Origin: Pseudomonadota bacterium
Lineage (GTDB): Bacteria > Pseudomonadota > Gammaproteobacteria > Steroidobacterales > Woeseiaceae
DNA: 64,000 bases
Direction: 5' to 3'
NCBI GenBank assembly: GCA_038531945.1
Contig: JBCBBH010000001.1
Span: forward strand, 147,456-211,455
The translations under genes and the position numbers were made by a program. Below are positions 29,243 through 37,358 of this stretch, piece after piece. Each line of letters begins with the position of its first letter. Position 1 is the stretch's first letter. The notes under the pieces were generated by a model, which saw nothing but the letters and a program-made list of their open reading frames with translations, was not told the DNA's origin and searched no databases.

Positions 29243-29974
29243 CTAGTTCGAGAAACCCCAAAGACCAATGTTGTCGAATTGAACACGCTTCGGCAGTTGC
29301 AGCAGGAAAAGCACCGCAGCGGCAAGGTCTTCGGTTTGCAACCAACCCGGTGTCATCTCATCCGCAACTTTGGGCTTTGGCACTTGCACAAGACCTGGGC
29401 ACAAGCTGTGAACCTTGATGCCGAATTCGCGGACTTCTTCCTGCAAGGCGAGTCCGAAACCAAGAACGCCGAACTTCGCGGCGCAGTAAGGCGCTGCCTC
29501 GGCGTAACCATTCTTGGCCGCTTGCGACGCGATATTGATGATGAAGCCGCTCCGGTTCGCCTGCATGGTCGGCAGCACCGCCTGACTCATAAGGAACGTA
29601 CCTTTGGTACAGGTCTCAAGTACGAGATCCCAGTTGGCCTCGGGACAATCGATGACCTTATCGGTCACACCGAGTCCCGAATTGTTGATCAAGAAATCAA
29701 CGCCGCGGTATTGAGCGAGTGTCTCTTCGACGATCGCTTGAACCTGCGCTTTGACACGCACGTCGGCAGCGACTCCGATGCAGTTCGACTCAAACTCATC
29801 GTTGAGTTCCGCCGCAGTTTCGGTGAGCAGGTCTGCACGTCGCGATGTGATCACCACGTCGACACCGCTCGCCATCAGGCCCCGAGTAATCGCCAGGCCG
29901 ATACCCGAGGCACCACCCGTGACAATGGCCGTTTTCCCTCGCAAATCGCTTGAGGAAGCAGTCAGTTCATTCAT
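29243..29974 (-). CDS. SDR-family oxidoreductase
   Basis: KTAIVTGGASGIGLAI Rossmann motif. Start re-set to the internal ATG 29974. The track start 30094 would run into the tRNA-Lys gene. Confidence 0.75.
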   Translation of the reverse strand: MNELTASSSDLRGKTAIVTGGASGIGLAITRGLMASGVDVVITSRRADLLTETAAELNDEFESNCIGVAADVRVKAQVQAIVEETLAQYRGVDFLINNSGLGVTDKVIDCPEANWDLVLETCTKGTFLMSQAVLPTMQANRSGFIINIASQAAKNGYAEAAPYCAAKFGVLGFGLALQEEVREFGIKVHSLCPGLVQVPKPKVADEMTPGWLQTEDLAAAVLFLLQLPKRVQFDNIGLWGFSN

Positions 29975-30013
29975 GGCTCGGCAGTATAGATCAGGTCTGC
30001 TTGATGCATCATC

Positions 30014-30089
30014 GAATCGATAGCTCAATCGGCAGAGCACCCGGCTCTTACCCGGGAGGTTGTGAGGTCGGAACTCACTCGATTCACCA
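30014..30089 (+). tRNA. tRNA-Lys(CTT), T loop GTCGGAA (non-canonical T54)
   Basis: Perfect acceptor GAATCGA/TCGATTC with A and CCA. Anticodon CCCGG-CTCTTAC-CCGGG. T stem GTGAG/CTCAC, but the loop starts with G rather than T. Confidence 0.6.
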
Positions 30090-30095
30090 AACAAT

Positions 30096-30170
30096 AGCCC
30101 GATAGCTCAGCAGTAGAGCACCGCTCTCACAAAGCGGAGGTCGGTGGTGCAACCCCACCTCGGGCGACCA
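30096..30170 (+). tRNA. non-canonical tRNA-like gene, anticodon CAC (Val-like)
   Basis: Anticodon CCGCT-CTCACAA-AGCGG. The D loop AGCAGTA lacks GG and the T loop is TGCAACC, the same co-variation as in the Phe-like gene at 24451. A1-G72 mismatch. CCA encoded. Confidence 0.45.
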
Positions 30171-30307
30171 CTTTTGACGCAATTCCGTCATACCGAGGTC
30201 TGAATTGTCGCCAAGTTCTGCGGACCGGGTTCTTTGAATTCCCGACTGGCGCGCAACGCTAACCATCGCCGCGCGTGTACCGAACGAAACGGCATTCTCA
30301 CCGCCAC

Positions 30308-30384
30308 TGGAAATTAGCTCAGATGGGTAGAGCATACGACTCATAATCGTACGGTCGCAGGTTCAACTCCTGCATTTCCCACCA
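30308..30384 (+). tRNA. tRNA-Met or tRNA-Ile2 (CAT)
   Basis: Anticodon TACGA-CTCATAA-TCGTA. Canonical D and T arms. The 1-72 pair is a T-C mismatch. CCA. Confidence 0.7.
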
Positions 30385-30681
30385 CTGGCTTCCACAGCCA
30401 TCCTGGCGAAAAGAACGAGAGTTCTGCGGTTCGAATCCGCCCTTGCAGAGAGATTCTGCACCACCGCGACTGTGTCCAGCGAACGGCAATGCGAGCTTGC
30501 TCGCGTTGTCTGACGCAGCAACCGGTTCGCCGGTCGCCGTGCTGGTCCGTACGCCGAACCGATTCCCGAAACGACGCCGGACTGTGTGCGCTCGCACTCG
30601 CGTCGTGTGTCGAATCGCGTCTCGGTTCCGCCTACGCACCACCGGCTGCCCGCGCACGGGTTGTGGACACAGCCGCACCCA

Positions 30682-31269
30682 TCAAAAATCCGCGCCTGAC
30701 TTCAGCGTAAACACCACAGAAATCTCAAGTTGGTTGTTGCGCTTCTCGGGCGTTGCGAGAAGCGCGAATTGACCAAGTGCTTGAGAGCGAGCGATGTCCC
30801 GTTCAGAAAGCAGAGAGTCGTCGGCAAGAAAGACCTTCGGCGCCCATTGGTTTCCGTACTCTTCGGATACCAATGTGAAGTGAATATGGGCGGCCTCGCG
30901 GCCGAGATGGTCCGCAGCCGGACGGATGGTTTGGAACACAAACTCACCGCATTCGTCTGTGATCGCCCAACCTTGCAATCGCCACATCGTGAGCTCGCGA
31001 TCGTTTCGGCCCAGTTCGAAACCTTCAGCGTCGCGATGATAGGAATGCACGACGACGTTGGGTGCGACTTCGCCAACAGGCGTAAAGACTGTCCCGCGCA
31101 CTACAAGCGGCTCACCCGGCTCATCGGGCGAACCAATCCGCGACACCGATGACAATGGAACACTCTTTGCCGCAATCGCTTCGTGCCAAGCGCGAAGCCA
31201 GGCTGGATCAACGTCGCCGGCAACAGAAGCGCCGCTCCATAGCGCTGCGCAAAGAACCCAATATTTCAT
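30682..31269 (-). CDS. secreted intradiol ring-cleavage dioxygenase-like protein
   Basis: Signal peptide. AAHIHF iron-ligand-like motif. Size and pattern resemble small protocatechuate-dioxygenase-like lipoproteins. Confidence 0.4.
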   Translation of the reverse strand: MKYWVLCAALWSGASVAGDVDPAWLRAWHEAIAAKSVPLSSVSRIGSPDEPGEPLVVRGTVFTPVGEVAPNVVVHSYHRDAEGFELGRNDRELTMWRLQGWAITDECGEFVFQTIRPAADHLGREAAHIHFTLVSEEYGNQWAPKVFLADDSLLSERDIARSQALGQFALLATPEKRNNQLEISVVFTLKSGADF

Positions 31270-31357
31270 CCACGACCCTCAGTTGGACTTCACTTCCTGT
31301 TAGATAGTAGATCGGACTGAGAGGTTTAACTCACTGACCAACAAAGGAGGTGCTTTG

Positions 31358-32644
31358 ATGGCTCACTCATCGAGCCAGGCCAGTCGCGTAGCCGACTGGG
31401 TACGAAATCGCAACGAGCAAGCACTGGCTTTGGCGCGTCGCGAGAACAAACGCATGTTTCCGACTACAGAAACATACAACGATAACAACCAAGGAGAACG
31501 CAACATGTTTTACATGAAGTTCAACGTGCGCAAGCACGAGCGTGCACTCCTGTTCCGCGACGGCGATTTCGTCAAGTTCCTTGAGCCTGGCGTGCACCGT
31601 TTCGTGACGGTTTTGCACAAGTACACGGTCGAATCGTTCGACATCACGGTACCGCTATTCGCACACCGGCTGCAGGACTTCCTGGTGGAGTCCTACGCAG
31701 AGGATGTCGCTCGCTACTTCGACGTAGTGACGACCGATGCCAATGAGATCGCCATCGTCTACCACGACGAGCGTGTCACGCTGATCATGGCTCCAGCCAC
31801 GCGCCATCTCTTCACGAAGGGTGTGCGCAAGATTCGCGTCGAGCGCTTTGCGATCACCGGTGATGTCGACGTCGACGCCCGTTTGGCCAAGCGCCTGTTG
31901 ACGGGCGACGACCGAACGTTGCAGGCGATCGCTGAGAAGGCGATCTACGCGCGCATCGTGTCGGACGGCCACGTGGGCTTGCTCTACGTGGATGGTGAAT
32001 TGAAGCGCTCACTGGCACCGGGTTACCACGCGTTTTTCGCGGTGGAGCGCGATGTCGAGGTGAAGTGCTTCGATACGCGTGTGCAGACGCTGGAAGTCTC
32101 CGGCCAGGAAATCCTGACCAAGGACAAGGTGGCTGTGCGCATCAACCTGACTGCAACCTACCAGTACGCCGATGTGGAAGCGGCTGTGCGTGCTGCGAAG
32201 GACCCGCTGGATCACCTGTACAAGGAAGTGCAGTTCGGTTTGCGCGGTGCGGTCGGTACCCGAACGCTGGATGCTTTGCTTGAAGACAAGACGGTCATCG
32301 ACACGTCGGTGGCACGTCATCTCGATGAGCACTTCGAAGCAATGGGTATCACGGTGAAGTCCGTTGGCGTGAAGGACATCATCCTGCCGGGTGACATGAA
32401 GATGTTGCTGGGTCAGGTGGTGGAGGCCGAAAAGGCCGCGCAGGCCAACGTGATTCGCCGTCGCGAAGAGACCAACGCGACCCGTTCACTTCTGAACACC
32501 GCGAAGGTCATGGAGACGAACGCTGTGGCGTTGCGTCTCAAGGAGCTCGAGACGCTCGAGAAGATCACCGACAAGATCGGCAACATCTCGGTTTACGGCG
32601 GCCTCGATGCCGTGTTGAACGACCTGGTTCGCATGAAGCAGTGA
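31358..32644 (+). CDS. SPFH/Band-7 (stomatin/flotillin-like) domain protein
   Basis: Band-7 core (ILTKDKVAVRINLTATYQ...KDIILPGDMK...EAEKAAQANVIRRREETNA). ATG 31358 has an AGGAGG RBS. A second possible start, ATG 31505, also has an AGGAG RBS. Confidence 0.8.
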   Translation: MAHSSSQASRVADWVRNRNEQALALARRENKRMFPTTETYNDNNQGERNMFYMKFNVRKHERALLFRDGDFVKFLEPGVHRFVTVLHKYTVESFDITVPLFAHRLQDFLVESYAEDVARYFDVVTTDANEIAIVYHDERVTLIMAPATRHLFTKGVRKIRVERFAITGDVDVDARLAKRLLTGDDRTLQAIAEKAIYARIVSDGHVGLLYVDGELKRSLAPGYHAFFAVERDVEVKCFDTRVQTLEVSGQEILTKDKVAVRINLTATYQYADVEAAVRAAKDPLDHLYKEVQFGLRGAVGTRTLDALLEDKTVIDTSVARHLDEHFEAMGITVKSVGVKDIILPGDMKMLLGQVVEAEKAAQANVIRRREETNATRSLLNTAKVMETNAVALRLKELETLEKITDKIGNISVYGGLDAVLNDLVRMKQ

Positions 32645-32728
32645 GTTCGACCAACCGGCGAGAGGTCAGGTGCAAGGCCTGGCCTCTCGCCATCTATTCG
32701 CCTTCGGTGTACCGAAGGCAATCCCAAC

Positions 32729-32804
32729 GGTGAATGTAGCTTAATGGCAAAGCCCCAGGCCGTGACCCTGGAAGATGCCGGTTCGACCCCGGTGGTTCAC
32801 CCCA
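32729..32804 (+). tRNA. tRNA-His(GTG) with G-1/C73, anticodon loop CCGTGAC (C33), second copy
   Basis: G-1 plus discriminator C. Anticodon stem CCAGG/CCTGG with the same C33-containing loop as the His gene at 26153. One G-G mismatch at 7-66. Confidence 0.55.
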
Positions 32805-32810
32805 AACACT

Positions 32811-32888
32811 AGCCGTCTGAAGGGAATTGGCATACCTACCTGTCTTAGAAACAGGTGCTTCTCGGTTCGACTCCGAGGGCGGCTACCA
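32811..32888 (+). tRNA. Leu-anticodon (TAG) tRNA with short variable arm (class-I-like)
   Basis: Leu-type D loop (GGAATTGGCA) and A73. Perfect anticodon stem CCTGT/ACAGG with loop CTTAGAA. It has a 5-nt variable loop in place of the long arm that all bacterial tRNA-Leu normally carry. Confidence 0.55.
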
Positions 32889-32943
32889 ATTTTTCTGGGC
32901 AGAGCTGACTGGGCGTCTTCAGGGCGTGGTACCAATGGCGTGA

Positions 32944-34032
32944 ATGCCTACTCCTTGGGTTCACTCTCGTCTTTATTCGTGGCCGATACGCACGCACAAT
33001 CAGGTAGGGTGCATTGAGTCGAGCATCGGAATTAGCAGACGGCGAATAGTTGTGACCACACGAACTCGAAACGTTCTCCTGTTCGGCCTACTCGTTGTGG
33101 TCGGAATCGCAATGGTCAAGATACGAAATCCGAGCGTCGACCTCGCTGTTGATCGACAAGATATCGGCAGCACTGTATCCGCGGAGGAAATCCCAAAACC
33201 AGGGGCGATAACAACTCTGGCCGACGCGCCCGGCGATGCGTTCGCTGATGCCGCAGCTTCAGCGGTCGCTACCGTCCCTGACGAGACCTGCGTCCGAGCC
33301 AAGGACGTGGAGATGCTGCTCTTGAGTTCCAGTGAGCCGCAGCGAATTCAAAACCTGATGTCCTACGGAGAGTGGTTCAACGACTACGCCGGCGTCGATG
33401 AAGCAACACTCGAATCACTTGCTGATCAACTCGACACCAAGGCGATGATCGTCCTTGGGACTCAAGCCGAGTTTCGTGCCATCGGTAGGGACCCTGCACT
33501 GGCGGTCGAGAAACTCAACGGAAGTGCCGTGAGAGAGAATGTCCAAAACAATGCCTTTGACGCTTGGTTGCGAGACCGAGAACGTATCGATGCCCATCGA
33601 AAAGATGTCGAAGCAGCTCGCGACTGGTATTACCAAGCTGCACTCCTTGGCGATCTCGGCGCTCTCCCTTTTCTTGGTGACGTACAGCTGGCGTTAGAAG
33701 AAACACCCGTAAGTCTCGGTTGGATTAGCCAAGAGGACTTCGATCAACTCCCTCGGCAGGCGCAAAACCCTAATGAGGTGCGTGGCGCTTATGGTGTGGC
33801 GGCTACTCGAATCGCTCCGAACGCCGGTACTGGATACGCTGGTTTACTACAGGGAATCTACGAGATATCGCTTACGCATAAGCCGTTCGCGGACGCGTTA
33901 GCGGAACAGTACAAACGCGACCGCGCCGATCTCGGCCTGCCACCGCTTGAGGTTCCACCGGCTGAGATTTCTCTGGATGAGTTAAGAGACCTTGCGGCAC
34001 GGCTCTGTCCTGGCGAAGAAGATTTCCTCTGA
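32944..34032 (+). CDS. hypothetical membrane-anchored protein
   Basis: N-terminal TM segment (VLLFGLLVVVGIAMV) and an acidic/helical C-terminal domain. No recognisable family. The start is uncertain. Confidence 0.4.
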   Translation: MPTPWVHSRLYSWPIRTHNQVGCIESSIGISRRRIVVTTRTRNVLLFGLLVVVGIAMVKIRNPSVDLAVDRQDIGSTVSAEEIPKPGAITTLADAPGDAFADAAASAVATVPDETCVRAKDVEMLLLSSSEPQRIQNLMSYGEWFNDYAGVDEATLESLADQLDTKAMIVLGTQAEFRAIGRDPALAVEKLNGSAVRENVQNNAFDAWLRDRERIDAHRKDVEAARDWYYQAALLGDLGALPFLGDVQLALEETPVSLGWISQEDFDQLPRQAQNPNEVRGAYGVAATRIAPNAGTGYAGLLQGIYEISLTHKPFADALAEQYKRDRADLGLPPLEVPPAEISLDELRDLAARLCPGEEDFL

Positions 34033-34090
34033 CCAACAGTCTTGGTCAACACCATGATCGAGCTTGGCTCGACAAATGGCCTCAACCAAA

Positions 34091-34167
34091 GCGCAGCTGA
34101 CGGGAAAGGCATACCTGGATAGCTCAAACCTATTCGTTTCCCCGTTCGAATCGGGGGCTGCGCACCA
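34091..34167 (+). tRNA. Leu-anticodon (CAA) tRNA-like gene with short variable arm, 45 nt upstream of the HNH-RtcB operon
   Basis: Perfect acceptor GCGCAGC/GCTGCGC with A73 and CCA. T arm CCCCG-TTCGAAT-CGGGG. Anticodon GATAG-CTCAAAC-CTATT. The D region TGACGGGAAAGGCATACCT is paralogous to that of the TAG Leu-like gene. 5-nt variable loop. Confidence 0.5.
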
Positions 34168-34211
34168 ACTCCCTCTGAACAATCCACATTGTTGAAGTCG
34201 TGAGAAGAACG

Positions 34212-34799
34212 ATGATGGAACAAATTTTGAAACTCGATGTGGGCGGAAGACCGATTGGTTGGATCACCCAGGAACAAGGCGCGCTGCTGTATTGCAGAGA
34301 TCAAGTCGCGTGGGAAGCCGGCGACCAGACGATCGTGTTACGCGGTGGATTCTCGCGTGTGACGGGACACCGTTCGATGTTGACGATCAACAGTATCGTC
34401 GCGACCACGAGCATCGACCAGTCGGCAGACAACTGGGCCGGCGGAACGGCGCTGACGAACGCGGCACTGTTCCGACGGGATCAGTACCTGTGCTTGTACT
34501 GCGGTGGATCGTTCAGCCGATCCGCGTTGACGCGAGATCACATCGTTCCGGTTTCGCGCGGCGGTGAGGACTGCTGGGAAAACGTTGTGACCGCGTGTCG
34601 CGCCTGCAATCAGCGGAAGGCGGATTTTCTGCTAGCCGAGTGCGGCATGTCGTTGCTGGCAACACCGTACGTCCCTAACCGAGCCGAAGGATTGATTTTG
34701 AATAATCGGCGAATTCTTTGCGACCAGATGGCGTTTCTGCAAACGCGCGTCGGTCCGCAAAGTCGAGTCGCTAGGACGAACAAGAGAGAAGAACAATGA
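34212..34799 (+). CDS. HNH endonuclease
   Basis: CLYCGG...TRDHIVPVSRGGEDCWENVVTACRACNQRK is a classic HNH/HNN zinc-finger nuclease motif. Its stop overlaps the rtcB start (ATGA). The track start is GTG 34200 and the ATG is at 34212. Confidence 0.8.
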   Translation: MMEQILKLDVGGRPIGWITQEQGALLYCRDQVAWEAGDQTIVLRGGFSRVTGHRSMLTINSIVATTSIDQSADNWAGGTALTNAALFRRDQYLCLYCGGSFSRSALTRDHIVPVSRGGEDCWENVVTACRACNQRKADFLLAECGMSLLATPYVPNRAEGLILNNRRILCDQMAFLQTRVGPQSRVARTNKREEQ

Positions 34800-36028
34800 A
34801 CAACGTAACGGAAAACTACGACGTCCTGTTTGATGGGGGCGTACCTGTAAAGCTGTGGACGCGTGGCGTCCCAACAGACGAACGCGCACTGGATCAACTG
34901 CGTAAGGCAGCCTCGATGCCGTTTATCTACAAGCACATCGCAGTCATGCCGGATATGCACGTCGGTAAGGGCTCGACCATTGGTTCGGTGATCCCAACCA
35001 AGGGCGCAATCATTCCTGCCGCGGTCGGTGTGGATATCGGTTGCGGCATGATGGCCGTGCGCACGAGTCTTAACGCGTCTGACCTGCCCGACAACCTGTT
35101 CGCGATTCGTTCGGCAATTGAAGCGGCGGTGCCGCACGGTCGGTCGAGCGGTCGCGGGAAGCGGGATAAGGGCTCGTGGGGCGAAGCGCCCGAGGCATCG
35201 TTGGATGCCTGGGGTAGCGGTCTCGCCGCGCGGTTCTCGCAACTGGTAGAGAAGCACCCTCGCCTTGCGAAGACGAACAACTTGAACCACCTGGGAACGC
35301 TCGGAACAGGCAACCACTTCGTTGAAGTGTGCCTGGACGAAGCGCAATCGGTTTGGTTCATGTTGCACTCGGGTTCGCGCGGTGTCGGTAACGCGATCGG
35401 GATGCACTTCATTGCGCTGGCTCAGCGTGAGATGGAGCGCTTCTTCATCCACCTGCCGGATCGGGATCTCGCCTACCTTGCCGAAGGCACCGAACACTTC
35501 GACGACTACGTCGAAGCGGTCGGTTGGGCGCAGGACTTCGCGCTGGCAAATCGTCGCGTGATGATGCTGCACACGATCCGTGCGGTGCGCGATGCGCTTG
35601 CTCGCCACTTCGATGCGGAACTTGAGGCCGTGAACTGTCACCACAACTACGTGGAGCGGGAGCATCACTTCGGTGAGAACGTACTCGTGACGCGCAAGGG
35701 TGCGGTCAAGGCAACGAAGGGTACGATGGGCATTATCCCAGGCTCGATGGGCGCCAAGTCGTTCATTGTGCGCGGACTCGGAAACGAGGAGAGCTTCTGC
35801 TCTTGTTCGCACGGTGCCGGTCGCATCATGTCGCGGACGCAAGCGAAGAAGGCGGTGTCGTTGGCCGAGCACAAGGCGGCGGTGGCGCACGTCGAATGCC
35901 GGGTCGATGCCGATGTTGTGGATGAAACGCCATCCGCGTACAAGGACATCGATGCGGTGATGGCGGCCCAGGATGATCTCGTTGAGATCGTCCACACGCT
36001 ACGCCAGGTCGTTTGCGTGAAGGGCTAA
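34796..36028 (+). CDS. rtcB: RNA-splicing ligase RtcB (3'-phosphate/5'-OH RNA ligase)
   Basis: RtcB family motifs include ...HNYVEREHHFG... and ...CSCSHGAGRIMSR. About 410 aa. Confidence 0.9.
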   Translation: MNNVTENYDVLFDGGVPVKLWTRGVPTDERALDQLRKAASMPFIYKHIAVMPDMHVGKGSTIGSVIPTKGAIIPAAVGVDIGCGMMAVRTSLNASDLPDNLFAIRSAIEAAVPHGRSSGRGKRDKGSWGEAPEASLDAWGSGLAARFSQLVEKHPRLAKTNNLNHLGTLGTGNHFVEVCLDEAQSVWFMLHSGSRGVGNAIGMHFIALAQREMERFFIHLPDRDLAYLAEGTEHFDDYVEAVGWAQDFALANRRVMMLHTIRAVRDALARHFDAELEAVNCHHNYVEREHHFGENVLVTRKGAVKATKGTMGIIPGSMGAKSFIVRGLGNEESFCSCSHGAGRIMSRTQAKKAVSLAEHKAAVAHVECRVDADVVDETPSAYKDIDAVMAAQDDLVEIVHTLRQVVCVKG

Positions 36029-36033
36029 ACCGG

Positions 36034-36078
36034 GTGGCCATTTTCAATTCATTGGAGTTGAGGATGGCCACTTTTTTT
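36034..36078 (+). terminator. rho-independent terminator after rtcB
   Basis: GTGGCCAT...ATGGCCAC hairpin followed by TTTTTTT. Confidence 0.65.
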
Positions 36079-36089
36079 GAGCAAGCACC

Positions 36090-37007
36090 ATGGACACTAA
36101 AGAAGCAAAGGAGATCATTGACTGTCTTGGGCAAGACGCATTGCCGTTCTGGTATTTCCGAGATCGCTATGCGCTCCTGTTGATCAGTATGCTCGGCGAC
36201 TCAGTCTCCAAACAGGAGATTAAAGCGTCCCCGTATGCGCAACTCTTGGACAAAGCGGCCGTGCGTTCCGTTCTTGCACAGTTCCGTGGGCGCGCGGCTC
36301 CCAGTCATGCCTTCGAACTGGAGACGCGCGATGAGCCCGTTTCGTATCCGCTGACGCTGGCACTCTGGGGTGGACACAGCCACTGGTGGGTGCAAACCAC
36401 GCGGCGAGGTTACAGCTTAGTCCTGCAACTCAATTTTCCGATTGAACACAACCGGACCTACCGCAGGCTCATCGATCCCGAAGGTCGAATGCCATTTGTG
36501 TATACGGATCACCCCGTTCGAATCAAACGGTTCGTGACGATGGCTTGGTCTCGGATGGATGTGGACCTCAACACCGGCGAAGTCTTGATTGAAGAGATTC
36601 AATCCGACTGGATGCGCCATTGGCGACACTACCGAGAAGTTGCACGACAGCGTCGACACTGTGTGCCCGTGCGTGGCCTATGCGTTGCTGTCGACAACAT
36701 CATCCAGTATTGCGACACAGAACTCTCTAAACACCAGCACTGGCCGGAAACCATGCTAGCGGCAAGCATCTGGTTCATCCGTTGTCAGCTCGGCATTCGC
36801 CGGATTTTCTATCACACCCACGAATCGGGCGCGGCACTGAAGCGAACGGGTGATCGCAAGCCACCGCGCTCGCTTTACACGAAATTACCTGCGCGGTTTT
36901 GCTTCCGCGAAACGGAGACACGACCTGCCTTCATGCAGCGTGGTGTGCGGACGAACTGCTCGAAGAAGGCGGTGGCCGCTGCTCGGTTCCAGCTGCTCGA
37001 ACTGTAA
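36090..37007 (+). CDS. hypothetical protein (305 aa), downstream of rtcB
   Basis: Long ORF with coding-like composition and no recognisable motifs. The RBS is not obvious. Confidence 0.4.
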   Translation: MDTKEAKEIIDCLGQDALPFWYFRDRYALLLISMLGDSVSKQEIKASPYAQLLDKAAVRSVLAQFRGRAAPSHAFELETRDEPVSYPLTLALWGGHSHWWVQTTRRGYSLVLQLNFPIEHNRTYRRLIDPEGRMPFVYTDHPVRIKRFVTMAWSRMDVDLNTGEVLIEEIQSDWMRHWRHYREVARQRRHCVPVRGLCVAVDNIIQYCDTELSKHQHWPETMLAASIWFIRCQLGIRRIFYHTHESGAALKRTGDRKPPRSLYTKLPARFCFRETETRPAFMQRGVRTNCSKKAVAAARFQLLEL

Positions 37008-37029
37008 TGGTGTCCGCGGAGACCAATCG

Positions 37030-37278
37030 CTAGGGATCGCAGTCTTCGTCTGATTTCGATAGCGGCTTTATGCCGTCTAGGACTTCAGCGATCATCAGTC
37101 GAAACGACCGATCGGATTGCTCTGCTGCCTGCAGAAGTTCCAGTGCTTCTTGTTGTGTCTCGGTATCGACGTCGGCCTGGGAAATGAACCGGATCTGACA
37201 GGTTGGAGGTTGTTGACGCGCTTCACGAAACAACTCTCGGATGCGGCGCCATTGCGCTGTCGTGTTGTCGTCCTGCAT
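37030..37278 (-). CDS. hypothetical small acidic protein
   Basis: 82-aa ORF that is convergent with the upstream gene. No known motif. Confidence 0.25.
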   Translation of the reverse strand: MQDDNTTAQWRRIRELFREARQQPPTCQIRFISQADVDTETQQEALELLQAAEQSDRSFRLMIAEVLDGIKPLSKSDEDCDP

Positions 37279-37358
37279 GAGCGCGTCCCAGTGACTATCC
37301 TTAGCAGTTGAAAAAGACCCGGCCCGACGTCACACGCCGGACCGGGTTCACGCGTGCG

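Noticed and set aside
30385-30450. A complete tRNA at 30385-30450 (T-arm-like GCGG-TTCGAAT-CCGC)
   Set aside because: No 5' acceptor strand, D arm or anticodon arm complementary to the 3' CCTTGCA end is found upstream. I keep it only as a possible 3'-fragment or att remnant in findings.
34610-35995. 461-aa minus-strand ORF antisense to rtcB, and similar long antisense ORFs at 7004-8080, 12213-12737, 17699-18334, 18691-19206, 29207-29953 and 38199-39026
   Set aside because: The sense-strand genes have clear family signatures (RtcB, LacI/SDR, lyase, KdgK, GntR, SDR, FG-GAP protein). The antisense products are Arg/His-rich, low-complexity shadow ORFs typical of high-GC genomes.
21886-37278. Prophage or ICE annotation for the tRNA-rich region
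   Set aside because: No integrase, recombinase, capsid, terminase or conjugation gene is visible. Only an XRE regulator, an HNH nuclease and a possible tRNA 3' fragment hint at mobility, so I do not call a mobile element.
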